Assembly: GCA_965208315.1 (NCBI GenBank)
Contig: OZ242329.1
Span: 3,371,080-3,435,079, forward strand
Direction of reading: 5' to 3'
Length of the DNA: 64,000 nt
Source: Chloroflexota bacterium
Lineage (GTDB): Bacteria > Chloroflexota > UBA11872 > VXOZ01
A model generated the notes under the pieces. That model had not been told where the DNA came from. It saw only the letters and a list, made by a program, of their open reading frames with translations, and made no database searches. Every line of letters begins with the position of its first letter. The first letter of the stretch is position 1. This document shows, piece after piece, positions 29,159-38,061 of this stretch. The position numbers were made by a program, and so were the translations under genes.

Positions 29159-30166
29159 CTAAAGGGTGACTTCCCGGTCCTCGCGTGCCGACGTATACAT
29201 GGCTTCCAGCAACTCCACGGACCGGCGTCCTTCCGGCCCGCTGCAGGCGACCTGCTTGCCGTGAACTATCGCGCCAATCATGTCCTCGACGATGTTTCCT
29301 GGTCCGGGCGGGAGTTGCGCCGGATCAGGTAAACCGCCGTCAGGGTCGTCCACGAACGCCCACGTCGTAATGTCCTCTTGCCGCATCTGGATGGTGCCGT
29401 CGGTGCCGTGGATTTCATGCTCGTGGCCCAGGCCGCCGTACACGGTAGTTGTTGTCTGAATGACGCCCCACGCGCCGGACGCATAGGTGACCAACGCCTC
29501 CATAGCGTCTTCGGTCTCGATGTCGTGGTTGAAGACATTGATGCGCGCCCGCACGCTTTGCACGGGCCCCATGAACCAGAGGGTCTGATCGATGCCGTGA
29601 ATGCCCTGGTTCGCCGCCGAGCCGCCGCCGTCGTACTGCCACGTGCCGCGCCAGCCCGGCGGGTTGCCGCCGGCGAAGTAACTGTCTGCGCGGTACCACT
29701 TCAGCCGGAAGTCGCCAAAGATGGGGCGGCCGAGCCTGCCGGCATCGATGGCCTGCTTGATCAAGCGCGTGCCGAGCTCATAGCGGCGCTGGAAGTCCAC
29801 GGCCAGGATCTTGCCGCTCTCCTCACCCGCGGCAATCACCTGGTCGATCTTCGCCGTGGAGACGTCCATGGGCTTGGTCGTAAAGGTGTGCTTGCCCGCC
29901 TGGAGGCTCTCGATAGCCAGGTCGCCGTGGGTGCCGCTGGGGGTGAAAATGCCAACGGCGTCGATATCCTGCCGCTCCAGCAGCGCGCGGTGGTCGGTGT
30001 GCCACTCGCACCCGTATTCCGCCGCCTGCGCCGTGGCCAGCGACTCCTGCAGGTCGCACACCGCCACCAACTCCGCCCCCGCCGTCGTGGCCGCCTGCTT
30101 CACCCGCGACTTGCCTACGCCGAGGCCGATAATGCCAAACCGAACCGGATCATGCTGTGACGCCAT
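29159..30166 (-). CDS. Gfo/Idh/MocA-family oxidoreductase
   Basis: FGIIGLG, TPSGTHG, HTFTTKPM, WRGTWQYDGGGSAANQGIH and IETED. Confidence 0.92.
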   Translation of the reverse strand: MASQHDPVRFGIIGLGVGKSRVKQAATTAGAELVAVCDLQESLATAQAAEYGCEWHTDHRALLERQDIDAVGIFTPSGTHGDLAIESLQAGKHTFTTKPMDVSTAKIDQVIAAGEESGKILAVDFQRRYELGTRLIKQAIDAGRLGRPIFGDFRLKWYRADSYFAGGNPPGWRGTWQYDGGGSAANQGIHGIDQTLWFMGPVQSVRARINVFNHDIETEDAMEALVTYASGAWGVIQTTTTVYGGLGHEHEIHGTDGTIQMRQEDITTWAFVDDPDGGLPDPAQLPPGPGNIVEDMIGAIVHGKQVACSGPEGRRSVELLEAMYTSAREDREVTL

Positions 30167-30480
30167 GACAATTGAACCTCCTCAAAGTGGACTCAAGTTA
30201 GATGTGATACAGACCAATTTGGTCGCGCCTCTACTGCGATCTACTCCCTCCTATTCAGGGAAAATACTACCATAGTCGTAGTTGACGGCTCTGTAACTGA
30301 TCGCAACTGCATACATTCCAGTTGGAACTACAGGTGTGGTTAGCTTGCAGGCCGTGATTCCTTGACAATCGGGAATGGTAGCGGTTGTATAGGAATACTG
30401 GCACATAACAGTAACAGCACATTTCTAGGACGTAATCTCAATACTCCAAACTTGGCTGCAACAGATTCAGGGAATTGTCG

Positions 30481-31674
30481 ATGGATGGTACGAGAGTTAT
30501 CAGATCAGTTCAATTGCTGAACATCCTCTCCTATGGACCCAATACTCCTGAATTTGAACTGGGGCCTCTCAACGTCATCATTGGTCCGAATGCTTCAGGT
30601 AAGTCAAACCTACTTGAATCACTGTCACTCATTGCCGCCGCACCCAGGGACATTCAGGCGCCACTGCGTGAGGGCGGGGGCATACAGGAGTGGACATGGA
30701 AAGGAGCCCCTGAGCCCCCTGTGGCAACTGTTCGAGTTACCGTTGGAGTCCCCAATGGGACTATGCCGCTAAGATATGGGCTCTACTTCCGCGAATTTGT
30801 AGCGCGATTCATGCTGCTTGATGAAATTGTCGAGGATGCGGCCTCATCTACGCCCGGCAAGGAGCCCTACTCCTTTTATCAGTTCAATCTAGGCATACCG
30901 GAATTCAACGTCATTGATAGAGAATCATCAGTGCGGCGCTTTATCCGGGACCAAGACGTAAGGCAGGATCAGTCAATACTTTCACAGCGGCGAGACCCAT
31001 TTACTTATCCAGAATTGACGTATCTAGCAACTCTGTTTGAGCGCATGCGCTTTTACCGAGAATTTCAACTTGGACAGAATACGCCGCTACGCCGACCGCA
31101 ACAGGCCGATCTTCCACAGGATTATCTGTCGGAGGACGGTTCCAACCTCGCAGTGGTATTGAGTCATTTGCTAAACCAGCCACAATTCAAGGCGTGGTTG
31201 CTTCACCAGTTGGAGGACTTCTATCCATCGGTCAGGGACATTCAAGTCGTCGTTCTAGGTGGCAGCGTTCAAGTATCCTTCCATGAAGAAGGGTTGCAAC
31301 ATCCCGTACCATCTTCTCGTTTGTCCGATGGAACACTACGTTTCCTCTGCTTGCTCGTTACTCTCTTCAGTCCTGAGCCGCCTCCTGTCATTTGTATCGA
31401 GGAGCCTGAAATGGGGCTGCATCCTGATGTAATTCCGCACTTGGCGAAACTCCTGGTCGAAGCTTCCAAACGCAGCCAAGTCATCGTTACAACGCACTCC
31501 GACATTCTCGTCGATGCGTTGACCGATACGCCAGAGGCCGTGGTCATTTGCGAGAAAGTCGATGGGGCGACGCAACTTCGGCGCCTTAACGCGAACGATC
31601 TCAAAGTCTGGCTGGAGAAGTACCGGCTTGGCGAACTCTGGACAAGCGGACACCTTGGGGGGAACCTCTATTGA
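30481..31674 (+). CDS. ABC-type (AAA_21-like) ATPase
   Basis: Walker A GPNASGKS, signature LSDGT, Walker B ICIEEPE and H-loop TTHS. AT-richer than the flanks. Confidence 0.93.
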   Translation: MDGTRVIRSVQLLNILSYGPNTPEFELGPLNVIIGPNASGKSNLLESLSLIAAAPRDIQAPLREGGGIQEWTWKGAPEPPVATVRVTVGVPNGTMPLRYGLYFREFVARFMLLDEIVEDAASSTPGKEPYSFYQFNLGIPEFNVIDRESSVRRFIRDQDVRQDQSILSQRRDPFTYPELTYLATLFERMRFYREFQLGQNTPLRRPQQADLPQDYLSEDGSNLAVVLSHLLNQPQFKAWLLHQLEDFYPSVRDIQVVVLGGSVQVSFHEEGLQHPVPSSRLSDGTLRFLCLLVTLFSPEPPPVICIEEPEMGLHPDVIPHLAKLLVEASKRSQVIVTTHSDILVDALTDTPEAVVICEKVDGATQLRRLNANDLKVWLEKYRLGELWTSGHLGGNLY

Positions 31675-32282
31675 GCGTCAAAGTGTATGTGGAAGGCGGA
31701 GGCAATAGTAAGTCGCTCAAGTCATATTGCCGTAGAGGCTTTAGTGAATTCGTTGCAAAGGCGGGGCTGGCTGGCAACATGCCTAGTATCGTGGCCTGCG
31801 GCAGTCGGAACGACGCATTCGACGACTTTAAGACCGCGCTCGCTATTGGAAGCGAAACCGCCCTGTTGCTAGTCGACGCAGAGGGGCCGGTAAGTGTGCC
31901 GGCAACCGCTGCAAAGCCTTGGCAGCATCTTAATGTCCGTGACAATTGGAATAGACCAAAGAATGCTGCCGACGACCAGTGCCATCTCATGGTGCAAGTC
32001 ATGGAATCGTGGTTCCTTGCCGACACCGCCACACTCAAGGATTACTTCCGCCAAGGGTTTCGAGAGGGATCACTACCACAGAATCCAAATGTAGAGGAAA
32101 TCTCCAAGCAAGACGTTGAGCGAGGACTAAAGCAGGCGACGCGTACTTCTAGCAAGGGCGAGTATTCCAAGGGAGGACATAGCTTCGAAATCTTGGCGGA
32201 TTTGGATCCTGCAGAGATCCGGACTAGATCACAATATGCAGACCGCTTCCTCTCTACTCTTGAGCGTTTGTGCCAAACTTGA
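31671..32282 (+). CDS. DUF4276-like protein (TOPRIM-like acidic motifs)
   Basis: YVEGGG, LLVDAEG, MESWFLAD and YSKGGHS; 203 aa; TTGA overlap with the ATPase. Confidence 0.8.
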   Translation: MSVKVYVEGGGNSKSLKSYCRRGFSEFVAKAGLAGNMPSIVACGSRNDAFDDFKTALAIGSETALLLVDAEGPVSVPATAAKPWQHLNVRDNWNRPKNAADDQCHLMVQVMESWFLADTATLKDYFRQGFREGSLPQNPNVEEISKQDVERGLKQATRTSSKGEYSKGGHSFEILADLDPAEIRTRSQYADRFLSTLERLCQT

Positions 32283-32360
32283 CCCCCCTTATCCTCTGCC
32301 AGCCTTCTCCCTCCCACTAAATGCAAGAACAGAATAGAGAGGGCTTGGCCTTGCCCTCCA

Positions 32361-33200
32361 CTATTCTGCCAACGGCGCGGCGGTGTCGGCGTCGGCGGTG
32401 ATCAGGGCGTCCGGGTGTTCTTGCAGCAGGGTGGCAGGGTAGGCGGTGGAGACCTCGCCGAGAAGGGCGATGCGCAGTATGGCTTTCTGCCAGTCGCCGC
32501 CGTCGCAGTAGAGCCGGATGCGGCGGGATGCCAGGATGTCTTTCATGCCGATGGTTATCGCCATAGGCGGAAAGGTATGGAAATTGCCTCCCACGCGGCG
32601 GATCGAGTTCATCACCATCGTTTCCGGCGCCAGCGGCAGGACGCGGGTGCGTGAGTTGCGGAATTCTTCCAGCGTCACCTGATAGAAGCGGCTGATTGGC
32701 GGTTCGTTGAAGGCCACATGGCCGTGGATGCCGATGCCGCCGTAACAAGAGTCGATGCCGCCGAGCGCGGCGATGGTCTCACTCACCTCATCGATGCGCT
32801 CGATGCGCGGAAAGTAGACGTGGTCGTCGGGGATGCGCAGACCGGCATCGAGCCGCGCGAAGAACTCTCTGCGCATGTACCCCTCGAAACTCAGCGGATG
32901 GTCGAGCGGGATGGAGCGCCCTTCCCAGTCGCAGTACTCGTCCATGTTGAACGTCCACACGTTCCGCCACGAAATGCGTTCGCGATTGCAGAGCTCGGCC
33001 AGCACGGGGAACTGCCCGATTGGTCCCACGGGCAAGATCAACCGCGTCGGCTCACCGGCGGCGTTGCGGGACTTGATCTCGTCGGCAATCTCGCGGGCAA
33101 ACGCCGTATAGAGCGCGGCGCGGTCCGGCACGACGCGCAGCGCCGCCTTTGCCTGGCGTTGCAGGGTTTCCGTAGGAAGCTGCATCCAGGTGTCAATCAT
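32361..33200 (-). CDS. Glucosamine-6-phosphate isomerase/deaminase (NagB)-like protein
   Basis: ILPVGPIGQ, FNMDEY, GGIGIHGHVAFNEP, AITIGMKDIL and PATLLQEH. Confidence 0.85.
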   Translation of the reverse strand: MIDTWMQLPTETLQRQAKAALRVVPDRAALYTAFAREIADEIKSRNAAGEPTRLILPVGPIGQFPVLAELCNRERISWRNVWTFNMDEYCDWEGRSIPLDHPLSFEGYMRREFFARLDAGLRIPDDHVYFPRIERIDEVSETIAALGGIDSCYGGIGIHGHVAFNEPPISRFYQVTLEEFRNSRTRVLPLAPETMVMNSIRRVGGNFHTFPPMAITIGMKDILASRRIRLYCDGGDWQKAILRIALLGEVSTAYPATLLQEHPDALITADADTAAPLAE

Positions 33201-33787
33201 GGGACTAATTTCCCTGCCGCGAACCACTTAACTTAGTGTGAATTTCAAGCGCCAAGAGGTGTGCCGTCTAACCGAAACTTTCGATCTCTGGCAATTGCGC
33301 TCATATCCCGAGCGCGCCTCTATCGCATTAGTCACCTAAGTCTGTTATCCTGTGGTGGGCAAACCGTCACAAAGACCCGTCCGCAGATCTTGAATGACAG
33401 GATGTGCGCAGAGTAGTGAGGTTTGCTGATCCCGTCGCGCTTGGGCGTTTCTATTTCATAAGGGATTATAGCGCATTGAGCAGTTCGCGCGTGCGCTTGT
33501 TAGTTCCGTGTCAATATGCCTGTCGCGTGACTCTGGATATATCGATACGTGCCAAAGCTAAGAGTGCTGTACACTGGTGTACTGACGTGACTCGCTTGAT
33601 CGCAGGATTCTCCCACGCAGAAGCCCGGCCACTGGTCAAGTACACAGGCTGCCCTCACTTTCGTACAATGAAGTTGTTGTACGGTCCTGTTTGGCAAGAG
33701 ACGTAGTCGGCCACCAACATAGGCAAGGTAGCGCAGCCAGTTAGCGGTTAATAAGGGGCGCTCCCGGTCTGCCGTGGAGTGGAATGT

Positions 33788-34636
33788 ATGCAAGAGCGCC
33801 AGCGAATTGGAGAGACGCTACGCGTGGCGCGGTTGGCGAAAGGTGTCTCACTGGAGGAGGCTGCCGCAGCCACGCGCATCCGTCGCTCCGCATTGCAGGC
33901 ATTGGAGTCCGACGATTTCGATGCGCTGCCCGCATCCGTCTACACCCGTGGGTTTCTGGTCAACTATGCCCGCTACCTGGGACTGATTGCGGAAGAGATC
34001 GCTGAAGAATTCGACCGCCAGCAACGCGAGCGCGCCGAACCCTTGCAATCAGCGGCACAGGAAGAACCGGAGCAGCGGTTTTCTCTGTTCAGTTCCAAGT
34101 TCCTGTGGGCGTTTGTGCTCTTGATTGCGCTTGGCGTTATTATGAACTTCCTCTACCAGGAGTTCTTGTCAGCAGGCCCGGCGCCTGAGCCCACAGAAGT
34201 TGCGGAGGCTCCCACCAGCGCACCCACGCCGGTAGCCGAGACAACCCCGCTTCCCACTGCGACCCCTATTCCTACCCCTTCGCCGACGCCATTGCCGTCG
34301 CCAATACCCACGCCAATCACCGGCGTAAACGTCACCCTGCGGGCGACGACCCAGCAGGTCTGGCTGGGCGTGACGGTAGACGGAACGACCGTGTTCGCAG
34401 GCACTATCGGCCCCGAGACCAATCAAGGCACGGAACCGCTGTCGTGGTCCGCCGGGGAGAGCATATCCATTCTCTTCGGGCGCACCGGTGGGGTCGAACT
34501 CATCCTAAACGAGCGCGAAATCGAATCATTGATAGAAAGCCGAGACCCGGTAACTTTCCAGGCGGTCAAAACAGACGCTGGAGAAATAGAAATCACCGTC
34601 AGCATACGTGGCACACCGGTCCCAAGTTCGCAATGA
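33788..34636 (+). CDS. rodZ: RodZ-like protein (XRE HTH - TM - Pro/Thr linker - DUF4115-like domain)
   Basis: GETLRVARLAKGVSLEE..TRIRRSALQALE..VYTRGFLVNYARYLGL, a single TM, and VWLGVTVDG. Upstream of pgsA, as in many monoderms. Confidence 0.8.
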   Translation: MQERQRIGETLRVARLAKGVSLEEAAAATRIRRSALQALESDDFDALPASVYTRGFLVNYARYLGLIAEEIAEEFDRQQRERAEPLQSAAQEEPEQRFSLFSSKFLWAFVLLIALGVIMNFLYQEFLSAGPAPEPTEVAEAPTSAPTPVAETTPLPTATPIPTPSPTPLPSPIPTPITGVNVTLRATTQQVWLGVTVDGTTVFAGTIGPETNQGTEPLSWSAGESISILFGRTGGVELILNEREIESLIESRDPVTFQAVKTDAGEIEITVSIRGTPVPSSQ

Positions 34637-35167
34637 CAATTGCGCGGCAGCGCGCGCCTGCAGGTAGCGGCAGTCTGGCCGGGGTGTGAGCGGGAATGGG
34701 TAGGAGACGTATGCACCGCCAGGCATTCCCTATCCAAACTGGCGAGTGATTTTTCGTAAACCGCGGCTATCCGCGTTCAGCACCCCCTATCTGCTCCGCG
34801 CGACGCCGGTATTGGTGTGCAGGTGGCGGATCGCTGTCCTCTCTTACCAGCGCCAAAGCCTGTGCCTTCACACAAGTGCCTCAAACCCAGTGTCCGGTCA
34901 ACGGGAATAGACTACGTTGCGCTATTTCCCGTCGCAGATTCGCGCGAGTGCAGCACACTGAATGCAATAACCTGCTGAGCCGCTGGGCAAAGCTGGCGGG
35001 AACGGAACCGTTCAAGAGTTGGTGCGCCTGTGCTTGTCAGGCTGTGCAAGCGCCGGCCGCTGGCATCCGCTTGGGGTTGCCGCGCCGCTGTGATAGCGGT
35101 ATCGTGAGAAGCCAGGATCAAGCAGCACGGCAGGCGGCACAGCGCTGTACCGTGAGAGGAATCCTTT

Positions 35168-35758
35168 ATGCCGGTTGGCTATGCCACGCAGTTGACGCTG
35201 TTACGTATCGCGCTTGCGCCTCTCATCATGTATCTCGTCATTTGGGGCGAGGGCACGCCGCGCTGGTATTGGCTGGCAGCCGCACTACTCGCGGTAGCGG
35301 CGGCAACGGACTGGCTTGACGGTTTCGTGGCCCGCCGCAGCGCGACGGTCACGGCGGTCGGGGCCTCGCTCGATCTCGTGGCGGATAAGGTGCTCGTCGT
35401 GGTCGTCTTGATCGCGCTCGTGCAAGTTGGGCTTCTACCCGGCTGGTGGGCGGCGGTAGTCATCAGCCGCGAGATGGCGGTGACCGGCCTGCGCGCGCAA
35501 GCTGCCGAAAAAGACATTGCCATTCCGGCAGGCCGCGTGGGCAAGCTCAAGACCGGCGTAACGTTCATCGCGTTGGTCGTGTTGCTCGTCTGGCAAAGCA
35601 TCGTGAGCGACATTCTCCTTGGCCTTGCCTTAATCCTCACGGTCTATTCCGGAGCGGAATACTTCTATAGCGGAATTCGCAAAATTCGCGAGGCAGGCAG
35701 CGCCCCGCCCGCAAGTTCTGAAACACAGACGACTCATGAGGAGGTACGTGTGAAATGA
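35168..35758 (+). CDS. pgsA: CDP-diacylglycerol--glycerol-3-phosphate 3-phosphatidyltransferase (CDP-alcohol phosphotransferase)
   Basis: LTLLRIAL, ATDWLDGFVARR..G..LDLVADK, IISREMAVTGLR and GKLKT. Confidence 0.88.
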   Translation: MPVGYATQLTLLRIALAPLIMYLVIWGEGTPRWYWLAAALLAVAAATDWLDGFVARRSATVTAVGASLDLVADKVLVVVVLIALVQVGLLPGWWAAVVISREMAVTGLRAQAAEKDIAIPAGRVGKLKTGVTFIALVVLLVWQSIVSDILLGLALILTVYSGAEYFYSGIRKIREAGSAPPASSETQTTHEEVRVK

Positions 35759-36645
35759 AAGTCGCCTTCATCGGTCTCGGCACGATGGGCATGCACATGG
35801 CGGTCAACCTGCGCAAGGCGGGTCATGACGTCTATGCGTATAACCGTACGCGCAGCAAGGCGGAGGCGTTTGTCGCGTCCGGCGGCACGTTGGTGGAAAG
35901 CCCCCGGGAAGCGGCAGAGCGCGCCGACTTCGTGCTCTCCTGCGTTTCGATGCCGGAAGACGTAGAGGAAGTATTCTTAGGAGACGCGGGCGCTATTCAC
36001 GGTTCGCGTGCGGGACAGGTATTCGTAGACCACAGCACCATAGACCCAGCCACCGCCACACGTGTAGGCGCCGTGCTTGCCGAGCGGCAAGTACAGTTCA
36101 TCGATGCCCCCATAAGTGGTGGCCCCATGGGAGCAGAGGCGGGAACGCTTGCCATCATGGCGGGAGGGGACGCGGACGCGTTCGCCAAAGCCGAGCCGCT
36201 CTTCCAGGCCATGGGCGAGAACATCTTTCACGTCGGCCCTCTCGGCGCCGGCTCTGTGGTTAAACTGCAAAACCAATTGCTCGTCGGCATCAATCTGGCC
36301 GGTATTGTGGAAGCAATGGTGCTGGGAGCCAAAAACGGCGTAGACCCCGAAACGTCCTATCAAGTGCTCGGTACCGCCATGGGCGATAGCCGCATGCTGC
36401 ATCGCGCCATGCCCGATTTTATCCTGGAGCGCAACTTCGACCCGGCATTCGCGATCAAGCTTCTCGTAAAAGATCTGCGTCTCGCCACGCAGCTTGGGCA
36501 ACAGGCGAGCGTACGCATGCTGCTCAGCAACCTTACGCAGCTAGTCTATGAAGAGGCAATCGCGCAGGGACTCGCCGACGAGGACCAGACGGCGGTCGTT
36601 AAGCCTTTGGAGGAGCTTGCCAAGGTGGAGGTAGCCAAGGCGTGA
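35755..36645 (+). CDS. NAD(P)-dependent beta-hydroxyacid dehydrogenase (3-hydroxyisobutyrate/tartronate-semialdehyde reductase family)
   Basis: FIGLGTMG, YNRT, DHSTI, DAPISGG, catalytic VVKLQNQ and FAIKLLVKD. Confidence 0.92.
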   Translation: MKVAFIGLGTMGMHMAVNLRKAGHDVYAYNRTRSKAEAFVASGGTLVESPREAAERADFVLSCVSMPEDVEEVFLGDAGAIHGSRAGQVFVDHSTIDPATATRVGAVLAERQVQFIDAPISGGPMGAEAGTLAIMAGGDADAFAKAEPLFQAMGENIFHVGPLGAGSVVKLQNQLLVGINLAGIVEAMVLGAKNGVDPETSYQVLGTAMGDSRMLHRAMPDFILERNFDPAFAIKLLVKDLRLATQLGQQASVRMLLSNLTQLVYEEAIAQGLADEDQTAVVKPLEELAKVEVAKA

Positions 36646-37754
36646 GCGCGCCGAGTACAGGCGCGAGCGCGCCCGGCAAGGGCGCGAAAGTACCGCACGC
36701 GTCGCCAACTGCCACGCAGCGTATTCCCGCACCACGCCTTGAGCAATTTGCGCGGGACGTACTTGTGCAGGCGGGCATCCCGGTGGAGCATGCGGCACAG
36801 TCGGCCCGTCACCTCGTGCTGTGCGACCTGCGCGGCGTTGAATCGCATGGTATAACCCGCCTCTCTGCCCTGGTGCAGCGTATCCGCAACGGCGTCGTCA
36901 ACGCCAACGCAAACATCCACGTGGAGCGCCAGCGCGCTGCCTCCGCGTTGGTCAATGGCGATAATGGGCTGGGCGTGCCGGTCAGCACGTATGCCACACA
37001 ACTGGCCATTCGCCTCGCGCGGGAGCAGGGCATTGGCACGGTGGGCGTCCACAACAGCAACCACTTCGGCATGGCGGCCGATTACGCCCTGCAGATGGCG
37101 GATACCGCGTGCCTCGGGATCGTGACGACGAATTCCAGTCCGGCCCTGGTGCCCTGGGGCGCGGCCAGGAAGTTCCTGGGCACGAACCCCGTCTGCTTTG
37201 GCGCGCCGGCCCACGAATCGCCGCTTATCCTGGACATGGCGACGAGCGTCGTGGCTATGGGACACGTCGTCCTGGCGGAAAAGCGCGGAGAATCCATTCC
37301 AGACTCCTGGGCGGTCGGGCCCGACGGTTTGCCGACTACCGACCCTACACTGGCCAGGCAGGGAGGGGTGCGTCCGCTGGCAGACTACAAAGGCTCCGGA
37401 CTGGCGTTGATGGTGGAGGTCTTCACGTCGCTGCTCACCGGCGCGACCCTGGGCATACATGCCGCGGGCTTCTTTAGCGACATGACCCGGCCCGCCGACG
37501 TTGCCCACCTCTTCATTGCCATCGACATTGCGGCATTCGTAGACCTCGAGTCTTTCAAGGAGCGCATGCAAACGCTCTTGACGGAAATGCGGGAGTTGCC
37601 CCTGGCGCCGGGATTCGACCGCGTCACCCTGCCCGGCGAAATCGAGCACGAGCGTACGCAAGAGCGGCTGGCGGCAGGTGTCCCACTTGACCCGGCCGTG
37701 CTCGCCGACCTTCAGCAACTCTCTGCGCAGACCGGCGTGGCCTTGGAAACATAA
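36642..37754 (+). CDS. Ldh_2-family oxidoreductase (malate/L-lactate/sulfolactate/ureidoglycolate dehydrogenase-like)
   Basis: DLRGVESHG, NSNHFG, GTNP, LDMATS, YKGSGLA and LPGEIE. Confidence 0.92.
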   Translation: MSAPSTGASAPGKGAKVPHASPTATQRIPAPRLEQFARDVLVQAGIPVEHAAQSARHLVLCDLRGVESHGITRLSALVQRIRNGVVNANANIHVERQRAASALVNGDNGLGVPVSTYATQLAIRLAREQGIGTVGVHNSNHFGMAADYALQMADTACLGIVTTNSSPALVPWGAARKFLGTNPVCFGAPAHESPLILDMATSVVAMGHVVLAEKRGESIPDSWAVGPDGLPTTDPTLARQGGVRPLADYKGSGLALMVEVFTSLLTGATLGIHAAGFFSDMTRPADVAHLFIAIDIAAFVDLESFKERMQTLLTEMRELPLAPGFDRVTLPGEIEHERTQERLAAGVPLDPAVLADLQQLSAQTGVALET

Positions 37755-37806
37755 GCGCTGCGCGGTCGTGACGCGGAATTGCCGGCAGCGGCCCACGGGC
37801 GGCACA

Positions 37807-37923
37807 GTAGCGCGGGGGCTTGTCCCCCGCTTGGGACACATTAGCCGTAGCCCCCGTGCCCCGACACGGGAGGGGGTGCACGAGCGTGGAGGGGATGGAT
37901 TCCCGCTTTCGCGGGAATGACGG
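37807..37923. repeat. Composite REP cluster (family-B GTAG + CGTC REP)
   Basis: Exact family-B copy at 37807-37830 and CGTC REP at 37894-37923. Confidence 0.8.
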
Positions 37924-38061
37924 ACGAGGGCGCTGATTGGTCTGTCCATCAAGACAAGAGTGTTAGACCAATAGAGGCATTCGGTACATCTGCACAGCAG
38001 AGAGGGAATAGCCCTTGCAAAGCCAAACCAACATTGTCCGCAACCCCCCGGTCTGCGTGTA

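Noticed and set aside
30244-32311. CTCCCTCC on both sides of the ATPase/DUF4276 pair as a target duplication
   Set aside because: Only 8 bp, low complexity (the reverse complement of an SD-like sequence), and far from the left gene boundary; compatible with chance.
33357-33387. GGGCAAACCGTCACAAAGAC resembles the start of a c-di-GMP-I riboswitch
   Set aside because: The GAAA tetraloop stem and following GGGACGCAAA segment do not form, and there is no P3 nearby.
34637-35167. 530-bp gap between rodZ and pgsA as a lost gene (e.g. rimO) or ncRNA
   Set aside because: No protein motif in any frame and only one modest hairpin (about 34901-34931); nothing supportable.
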